From: the human T2T-CHM13v2.0 reference genome, Homo sapiens
NCBI RefSeq assembly: GCF_009914755.1
Contig: NC_060925.1
Reading direction: 5' to 3' (one strand)
Length of the DNA: 64,000 nucleotides
In this document: piece by piece, positions 54,790-64,000 of the stretch
Position numbering within the stretch: position 1 is the first letter of the stretch
Layout of the letters: every line of letters starts with the position of its first letter
Position numbers and translations under genes: made by a program
Notes under the pieces: model-generated
Told to the model about the DNA's origin: nothing
Databases searched by the model: none
Seen by the model: the letters and a program-made list of their open reading frames with translations, nothing else

Positions 54790-55600
54790 ATACAGGAAAA
54801 GTCAAAGTGTATCTTTCCCATTCCATATACCGAACTTCACTTCTGACATCAGATATGTGGGATTTTTTTTTCCCTCATACACCAAGCAGTTCTCCAGCAG
54901 ACACCAGCCAGGTGATCCTCCAATTCATTTCTGAAACTATCTAGATCCCACAGATTGAAGGCTCCGTCCTGCAAGATGGTCCACCCACTTCTGATGCCAA
55001 TTGCAAACTGTAGGTTGTGATCTGTGCTTCTGACTGGCTATAAATCAGGGTTCCTACAACCCCCTCCTGGAGTTTGATTAATTTGCTAGAGTGGCTCACA
55101 GAACCCAGGGACACACTTTACTTTTACTCATTTATTATAAAGGATATTACAAAGAATACAGATGAACAGCCATAGGGTGAGGTATGGTAGAAGTGGCACA
55201 GAGCTTCACACCATCCTCCAGGAACCTCTATGTGTTCAGCTATTCTCTGCATGTTTAGCTATTTCAGAAGCTCTCTGAACCCTGGCTTTTTTTTTGGTTT
55301 TGGTTTTTATGGAGATTTCCTTCTGTAGACATGATTGATTACATCACGGGCCATCAGTGATCATCGCTGCCTTCATCTCCTCTCCCTTCCCTGGATTTTG
55401 AGGGTGGGGTTGGAAGTTCCATCCTGCCTTGATCTTTCTGGTGAATTAGCCCCATCCTGAAGCCCTCTGGGGACCCCCAGTCACCAATCATCTTATTAGC
55501 ATGCAAAAGAAACTTTTATCACTACTGAGATTCCAAGGATTTTAGTAGCTGTATGTCAGGAAATGGGACAAAGACAAAATATATATTTCACGATATCACA
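54790..55600 (-). mobile_element. MER21-family solo LTR
   Basis: About 810 bp. CTTCTGACATCAGATATGTGGG...TTTGCTAGAGTGGCTCACAGAAC...GATATCACA. Left boundary approximate. Confidence 0.75.
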
Positions 55601-56760
55601 TTGTCATTTTTTAAACCCATAGTGCCTTGCACAGAGGGAAAAACATAATTGCACCCAATAGATGTATAATTCCTTAATTGCTGAATAAACCTCAGTGTAA
55701 CAATAACACTGTAGGGAAGTCTGGGTCATTACCCTTATCTATCATGTTTCCATGTTAACTTCAATGGGTTATTTGAATCACATCAGCAGTTAGAAATGTC
55801 ATTATGTAAGTACTTTCTTGTCCAGTTCCAGCACAAGCCAGCATATTACTGCTTGCATTTAAAATCATATTTTAGAACAAAATCTGGTAATTATCTCATG
55901 AAAAATTCATAGTTGTTATTTTTAAAGTATTGTTTATATTAATTCACCCCAATTTAGAAACAAAATGTGAGTGAGTTTTGCAAAATTTTACAAAATAGGC
56001 TAAAGCAATTTGTCACTGTTGAGTTGATACAGTGGCTGCTTAATTTTCAAATGCTTATACTGCTTCTGAGTAAAGGTTACATAAGTGTGGGAGAGAAGGG
56101 GACGTTTTTATGTATATAGTAGGAGTTAAAGGTTTTGTTTAAGATTGTTTTCCTGTTTATCTGACAACAGAAATAGTTTTCTGTTGATTCCACTAGTTGT
56201 TCCCTTATGAGGAGGATTTTTGAGGCTGGAGATCAACCCAGGAGTCCTTGTTCAATCTGAGCATATTCAGTGTGTAGCTGACATCTCCTGCATAATCACA
56301 TGTTGTGACATGGAAATCAAAGTGCCAGACAAAGCCTCCTTTTCTCCTTGATGTTTTTCTGTATGAACATTAGAAGTAATAATTTGTCTTCTATGGTATC
56401 AGGAAAGGGTGGATGTCTGTCATTAATTAGGCCACGTCACCAGAGAGAATATTGCAACAAAAAAGGAAATATTTCTCAAGATGGTTGATGAAGTCAGTAT
56501 TTAATGATGAGAATTACTTCACTAAGTATGAAAATAATATTATAACCACATGCTCATTATATTATGATAACTCTTTTTAACATGTGCCACGTGACATGGT
56601 AAGTAGCATGCTTTTTCCATTAGTAAAACAGAGGAAAAAAATCTAATTTTATCTATTTTATTGAAATTTCTAGTAAATTTTAAGTATCTAGAAATATTTC
56701 AGATTTCAGAAGAATTAAATAAGATATAACAAATATTGTTTATAAATAGGGTATATAATC

Positions 56761-57088
56761 TTTTTTTTGAGAAAGGGTCTTGTTCACACCCAAACTGGAG
56801 TGCAGTGATGCAATCTTGGCTGACTGCAACTTTTGACTCACTGCAACCTTTGGCTCACTGCAACCTCTGCCTCCTGGGCCCAGGTGATCCTCCCACCTCA
56901 GTCTTCCAAAGTAGTAGCTGGGACTACAGGCATGCACCACCACACCAGGTTAATTTTTCTATTTTTAGTAGAGACGGGTTTTTGCCCTGTTACCCAGACT
57001 GGTCTTGAACTCCTGGGTTCAAGTGATCCTCCTGCCTTGGCCTCCGAAAATGCTGGGATTACAAGCGTGAGCCACCACGTACAGGCTG
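56761..57088 (-). mobile_element. AluJ SINE with an internal 17-bp triplication
   Basis: AluJ-type diagnostics (CTCCTGGGTTCAAGTGATCCTCC). 17-bp TSD AAATAGG(G/A)TATATAATC at 56744-56760 and 57089-57105. Confidence 0.9.
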
Positions 57089-58281
57089 AAATAGGATATA
57101 TAATCTAAATGACGTATGTAAGTGTGAGGATTGTGGTGATCAAATTTCATTTGTAAATGTCTAGATAGTACATATGCACAGATGTATTTTAAATGCTATA
57201 ACTTTATTTGGTCATGCTTTGTCACACGTTGCTATATAGAGGAATACTGCTAATAATAGCAAAAGTTACATCGTGCCTACTACATGCCAGGCATTGTTCT
57301 AAGTGTTTTATGTATATTAACCTGGCTAGTCCATAATAATGCTATGAGGTAGGTACTATTATTTCCCATTAAGGTATAGACAGACACCATGGAGCAAGCA
57401 ATGTCTGCATTTGAATTCCAGCTCCACCTTTGAGTGACTAGGCAAATTATTTAACCATTTTGAGCCATAGTTTATTTGTAAAATGGCAGTAACACTTGCT
57501 ACATAGTATTATTGTGGAAAATAAATGGTGGGTCTAGAGTTAGATACCCGGCATGTAATAGGCACTGACGGAAGGAAAGCACCACTTTCCTATTTCAATG
57601 AACTGACTACTAGAAAGAGATTTAGTTCCTAATTTTACATAATATACTTTATAGTGTCTGTGAGATCTTTGAAGGCATAAAGTGTCTGAAACATTGTCGG
57701 TACTCAGTAAATGTTTGTTGGCTGAAAAAATGAAAACACACAGAAATTTGCCCAAGTACTCTAAATATACCAGTGGTGACAAATATTGCTAATTGTGACT
57801 TAGGTAATTAAATCATTTGCATTATCTAATTAATTTGTTGGTGGTAATTAAATAACCTTGAAGAAAAAGTCCTTAGGTATTTTCTCTGAGAAATTTCTTA
57901 CCAGAAGCTTAAGAGCAACAAATCAGACGCAGCTGACAGGAAATGTGTCTCCTGAGCTTGAAGATAGTGTTGGCAGTTTCCAAGAGTTAGGTGAGACTTT
58001 TTCTTCCCTAGTTTTTGTAGGCAGTGAGATGGCTGTTTTCATGGCCACTTACACTTCATTTTTGCTAATCTGACCATTAATAGTGTATTAAGATACCCAA
58101 TTCTTAAAGTAGTATTGGTTTTTATTTTATATTTATATTTAATTCTTCTAAATTATTGATAGGAAATTACAAAAACATGTATTTCGCTTTTGTTATAATT
58201 AAATAAAAAGCAAATTAATACCTTGCCCCCTAATAGAGTGCTGTGTTCCCATTGCTTTGGCTAGCAAAAGCAAGTTGTTCT

Positions 58282-58355
58282 TGATGATGATGATGTTGGT
58301 TGCTCATGGTGGTGGTGGTGGTGATGATAATGGTGATAATGATGATGGTGGTGAT
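58282..58355. repeat. Imperfect (TGA/TGG)n trinucleotide repeat
   Basis: Directly visible. Confidence 0.8.
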
Positions 58356-58769
58356 ATGAGATTGGAAATCTCAAGTAAAAGTGGATTACTTCTCTCCAAA
58401 GCCTAAAATTGAACTCCGGACTTCTAAATCCAACATTAGTACTATTTTTTTTTCCCCTAACAGGATGGGGTTTTACATTGCAAATAAAGAGATGTAGACT
58501 CAGTTTGTTAGTTGGCAAATGATGTTACTTCATTGATGGAGTTGAACTGTGGTTCTTTAATTCCATGTTCTTGCTCCATTGAAACTACTTCATTAAAATG
58601 AGGAGGTTTTTCTAGGAATTAAAAAATTAGCAGTTGAAATAACTTAGTGAAATCTACTATATCATTATTTAACCTGATTAAGTAAAGTCTAATTCATTTT
58701 GACCATTTTCATTCAACTGTTATTTGGTAGAAATCTAATTTTGCTCCTCTGTATTTGTTCATGTTCTAA

Positions 58770-59112
<343 letters not shown>

Positions 59113-61185
59113 TAAGGCAATGGTAAATTTCTCACCTCCTGTGGGATGATGTCATCCCATCTGTGTGTTGCACACAGACTTATTTCATGACCCTGAGTAG
59201 CACCCTATGTCCAGGCTGTATTTGCTCAATGACCTCTTAGCTCTCTGCATCCTGGTTTGGGTAACTGACTTATTTTTACTTTGATATCTGAAATACAGAG
59301 CCTACCAGTGGGATTCTTGCTGGGAGAGATGCCAGGCCATTTCTGGCAGACTACATTGGAAGACACCAAGTTTGGACAAAAATTCTGAGAGTTGCTTGAA
59401 TCTTTGCAGCAATTCCATGTCAATAGCTAGACACGAGAAGCATTTTATTTTAGGAAGATGGGACTGAATAAATGTGTGTTTCAATAAATTCCAAAGAGAA
59501 AGAACTGTTCATTTTTTTTCCCACTTATCCCCTGAAGATTATCTGCATCATCCCTACAGCATGTGTAGTCCTTCAGAATTTCAGAATTGATGGACTCCAG
59601 ATGGAATCACAATTTGAACTTACTGGCCATATTCAGTCTGCCCTTGACCTCACACATTTCTCTAGCCCTATGCTCACCAACAAGAATCCGTGGAATAATG
59701 AGGCTATCAACCAAGTTCATGGACCGGAAAAAATCCTTTAAACATTAACTTCAAAGACTAGACCATAATTTGAAAAACACAATGTAAACAGGAAAAAAAG
59801 GGGAGGGGGACAATTGTAAGCTGCTAGCAATTAGGCACTAATTAGCTTCCTTCAGTTGTGTAGCTGCTGCCGCCCAGCATACCATTTGTATCTCTCACAT
59901 GTATAGATTCCCCAAGCTGTTGGTTTCTTAGTGAAACTAAGCCACAATTTGCAGACTAACTTACAGGAAAGATATATCATAAATATATTCACATCTAACT
60001 GGCTAACTGAATTTCTCAATTTTATTTATAGTAAAAACCAAATTAAATGGAAAGCAGACAGCATGCCTGTTAGGTTCATCTGTGTGTCCCTGCAAGTTAG
60101 CACAGTGCCTGGCACATAATAATTATGCAAAAAGCAGATGTCATTGAATGAATTTATTTATTTTTGTTAATACTCATGAAAGCTGTCTGTTTCAAACACT
60201 GGAAATTAATTTACTTTTGTTTACCTTATTAAGTGGTAGATATTTACATTAGGAGCTACTTAATATCTCTTTGATGGTACCTTCTTTGAAGATTAATTCT
60301 TATTGTGTAGTAATATAGATGTAAAACATGTAATCTATTAAAACAAATATATCAACATCCCAGAATTATCTCAGAGAATTGTTTTCTTTTTGATGATAAA
60401 TTCCTGATTTAGTGTTCCATTTTCAAAAGTCTTTTTCCTGCCATAGAAGTGTAATGAAAGAGAAAGTTTGAATAACTGATTTTTTTTTTAAGTTGAGGTC
60501 CTGTGCATGCACGGACATGAGTCAAATGACCAGTGTAGCAGGATCTTGGGAGGGGCAGGCAGACATTACAATTCAGAGCCAAGTTACAGTTTAGGAAACT
60601 GCATTCCATCAAAAGTTTTAAGTGTCTTTTATATACAAGCCACTGCAATGATATGCAAGGGATGTTAAATGCTGTAGAATATAATCGAATATGGAATAAT
60701 ATGAGTACATGGTTTCTTATCATAACAAAGTTATGATCAAATAAATAAAAAGAAAGATCAGGTTGAACAAAGCAGACAGCATAGTCAGGACAAGTTGTGG
60801 CTCCAATCCTACATTCATTGTCTAGAAAGAGCCAAAAACTCTATTTAGAGACTTTGCCTGGGAACAGGTTTATAGGGAAGTGTCAGATTAGTGGCATAAA
60901 CTGTAGGTCAGCTGGTGGAAGCAAGCCAGCAAGGGGCTTCATGGTAACCAGTGGAAACACAAAAATATAACATCGGGATCAAATTCATTTAACTTTCAAA
61001 GAGAGTTTACTTCCCTTGTTTTCATTACCATTGGTTTCTTTCCTGCCATATCTGTGATGGGGTTCATCCATAGAGGAAGGCAATAAAGATGTGGTGGTGA
61101 GAAACCTACAAATCTGCTAACATAGGAAGCTTCTAACATCAAGATAAATTGGCATTTTTCTACATACGTATATTTTTATTTGCAG

Positions 61186-61327
61186 AACCACCCAAAGTCA
61201 CTGTGATGCCCAAGAATCAGTCTTTCACAGGAGGGTCTGAGGTCTCCATCATGTGTTCTGCAACAGGTTATCCCAAACCAAAGATTGCCTGGACCGTTAA
61301 CGATATGTTTATCGTGGGTTCACACAG
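61186..61327 (+). CDS. HMCN1: Hemicentin-1 internal exon (probably exon 12), 142 bp, first half of Ig domain 3
   Basis: ttgcag acceptor, CAG|gtactg donor. (E)PPKVTVMPKNQSFTGGSEVSIMCSATGYPKPKIAWTVNDMFIVGSH(R), phase 1 to 2. Confidence 0.94.
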
Positions 61328-62059
61328 GTACTGGGTTTGTATCATGTTTTTGTTTTTATTGAGTGAGAAAAATTGATGAGACTTCTGGACCAAACTAATA
61401 TGACCAAATCCCTAATATTAAGGGAGGTTTGACCACAATACTTAGCTTTACATTTTCTAAACAGGCTATGAATGTCAAAAATAATATAAATGATGACTTT
61501 ATAAAGTTTGAGGTTTTTGAGTCTTGAATTCAATAGCTGGGACCAAGTGCTTCCCAGTACTTTGAGCTGCAAATGTAGCACCAATCAGTTAGTTTAACTT
61601 GAGTAATTGAAACGAGGGTAATAAATTTTCTGTGAGGTAAAATAACATAGAATTTCAACAAATCTATTAAAGACATTGTCCTGGATTTAACAGAAGAGAG
61701 AGGTCAAGAACAGACCAGTAGCTCTAATTAAAATGTGTTCAGACATTCTTTGTCATTACTTCCATTTTTGCCAAACTACAGTGGGAAGTATTTTATTTCA
61801 CTGGGTGCTTTTTAAAAGCATTGAATCCACTCATGCTCCTACAGTATAATAAACACGTGGAATATAAACAACAAAGTATCCAGCCATGGGGCTTCCATTA
61901 CTCTGGGTTTGGCAGTGAAGAAGTCATACGTATGATCCAGCCAGTTGAGCCAGATTCTATTCCTAAACGCCTTACAGACTCACTGTGTGACATGAGACAT
62001 TACATCTCTAAGGTTTTCATTGTGATGAACCGTTTACTATAGCAATCCACCACATGGAG

Positions 62060-62270
62060 CAAGATTGCCGGGGTGCAAATTCCAGTTCTTCCATTTACTA
62101 ACTCTGGCTTTGGGTGAGTTATGTAACCTCTTTGCTCACCTGTAAAACAGAGATATTAATAGTATTTAACTCATTAGGGTGAGGAAAATTTTTAGATTAA
62201 AATAAATGTAAAGTTTCTAGAGCAGCGGCTGGTATGTAGTCAATATTGGATACATGATATTATTATTATT
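62060..62270 (+). mobile_element. MIR SINE (representative; similar remnants near 3300, 10760, 18350, 27470 and 57400)
   Basis: CAAATTCCAGTTCT.CCATTTACTAAC...TTGGGTGAGTTATGTAACCTCT...CTGTAAAA core. Boundaries approximate. Confidence 0.6.
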
Positions 62271-62435
62271 ATTGCATTTCTGCTTATAAAATAATGATGG
62301 TAACCATTTCTGCAATCGACACCAAAAATATAACTCTACAACGTTTGAAAATATTTTAAAGGAAAGCACTATATTATCTTGATATTACTATTGTGGCATT
62401 TTCAATTTTATATTCTTTTTGTTTTTTATTCATAG

Positions 62436-62563
62436 GTATAGGATGACCTCAGATGGTACCTTATTTATCAAAAATGCAGCTCCCAAAGATGCAGGGATCT
62501 ATGGTTGCCTAGCAAGTAATTCAGCTGGAACAGATAAACAGAATTCTACTCTCAGATACATTG
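62436..62563 (+). CDS. HMCN1: Hemicentin-1 internal exon (probably exon 13), 128 bp, second half of Ig domain 3, with GC donor
   Basis: catag acceptor. (R)YRMTSDGTLFIKNAAPKDAGIYGCLASNSAGTDKQNSTLRYI followed by TTG|gcaagt. Phase 2 to 1. Confidence 0.9.
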
Positions 62564-64000
62564 GCAAGTATAATCACTTTAAAAGGCAATTAAAATAGGA
62601 TGAATATCACATCAAGCAATGCAAAAGTACTTTTTTGAAATATTAATATTAGTAATGCATACATGGTATTATACTTTATTATTCATTTCACACACTGATT
62701 GAAGCAAATATTGTAACCAATTTAAGTTAAAAGTTCATAGAGTGAAAAGCTTCATTAGTCAACAGAAATCAAGGAAGCTTCCAGGTTATGGAATAATTTC
62801 ATATTGTCCACAAAGTTCTATCTTTCCACTGTTCATCTGTTCTCTGCAATATTTTACTTTTAAATTAATAAATTCTATTTCCTTTCTAGCTTAACTTCCA
62901 TTTTATAATTTCTACTTATATTAAAAACTGTGTATAATATAATTTTTACTTTTTATCTTCAATTTCCCTCTCCAAACTTAAACATTTATTGGAAGCGTAC
63001 TTCATGAAAATTATTCTACAGAATATTTCTATTTAATTTTGTCTTTCTTAGTCAAATAAAGGACAAAGGAATAATATACTCAGATCCAGGTTATAAATCG
63101 TGAATAATCAATGGCTAGCAGTCCACCCTTTCATTCATTCTTATTCAGTCTCATTCACAGTAAGATAATGAAACTGTCAGTAGAGAAGCAAGGATTCAAA
63201 AGAGATAATAAAGATAGAGAATTGTACTTGAAGGTATAGGTGAGGGAGAGAACCAAAATGTCACAAGTATTGAATTGAGAGCCTGGAAAGAAGTGGTCTC
63301 ATAATTTACATAATGGGGGTGGATATATACGGAAATATAACAAGGCAGACAGACAAGTACTACAGTGGGAGGTTGGCAGAGGGGAAGACTAATTCAGACG
63401 GAGGAATTAGCAAAGATTTCTCAAAGGAGACAGGATTTAGGCTCAGTCTGGAGGAATGAGTGGGATTTGAAAGGTTGTGGCAAAGGGCATTTTAGAAAGA
63501 GGAAATAGCTTTAGGAAAGGCAAAGAAGACAGGAGAGTAAAAGTCTGTTGTATTTTGGGCTATCAGTGAAGCTCTGTACCTTGTGATAAGTGAGGAACTG
63601 TAACAGGGTAAGGTTAAAAAAAAAGCTATGCACCCATTTATAATTTTTGAAAGAGAGTCTATGGAATTTTGAAGGCAGTAGGAATCACTGAAGGTATTCT
63701 AGCAGAGAAATTACATGATCTGTGAGAAGTTAACTTAGCTTTGTTTAAAAATACCTCAGCTGAAGCTAGGAAGTCCTAAAATATCTCGTTAAGAGAAAAT
63801 GTTTAAGTAAACTGAACCATTGGGCAAGCAAGTGAAGCAAACGGAGTGAAGAACAGAAATTTAGAGAATGTCTATATTTAGCATCACAGGGAAAAGAAGG
63901 GTCAAAACCAGGAGACTCTACTTTTTGTAAATGCAAATTTTAGGCTTGGACTGCAAATATCTTCCTGTAGTTAGACATGAATATCCTTAAAATGACGTAG

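Noticed and set aside
58261-58518. Poly-histidine ORF on the minus strand
   Set aside because: It is a translation of an imperfect (TGA/TGG)n repeat with no exon signals.

Overview
This is primate (almost certainly human) genomic DNA from the 5' part of the hemicentin-1 gene HMCN1 on the + strand. Nine internal coding exons splice in a consistent frame (172, 107, 121, 264, 145, 122, 276, 142 and 128 bp; from memory probably exons 5-13). They encode the end of the VWA domain, the hemicentin region and the first three Ig domains. The rest is intronic and repeat-rich. It includes a 5.9-kb antisense HERV-H provirus (LTR7up-like LTRs, tRNA-His PBS, 5-bp TSD, decayed gag/pro/pol, env largely missing), seven Alu loci, L1 3' fragments, MLT2/MST/MER21 LTRs, hAT MITEs and microsatellites. 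I see no new protein-coding system. The most unusual structures are: (i) HERV-H LTRs that are identical over ~373 bp but mismatched at both edges, which suggests gene conversion; (ii) a 292-codon ESRG-like ORF in the HERV-H leader; (iii) a MER21-derived insert with ~75-bp terminal inverted repeats and an internal inversion, nested in another MER21; (iv) a three-arm chimeric Alu under one TSD; (v) a GC splice donor after the last exon. Family and subfamily calls are by recognition from memory, not from database searches.
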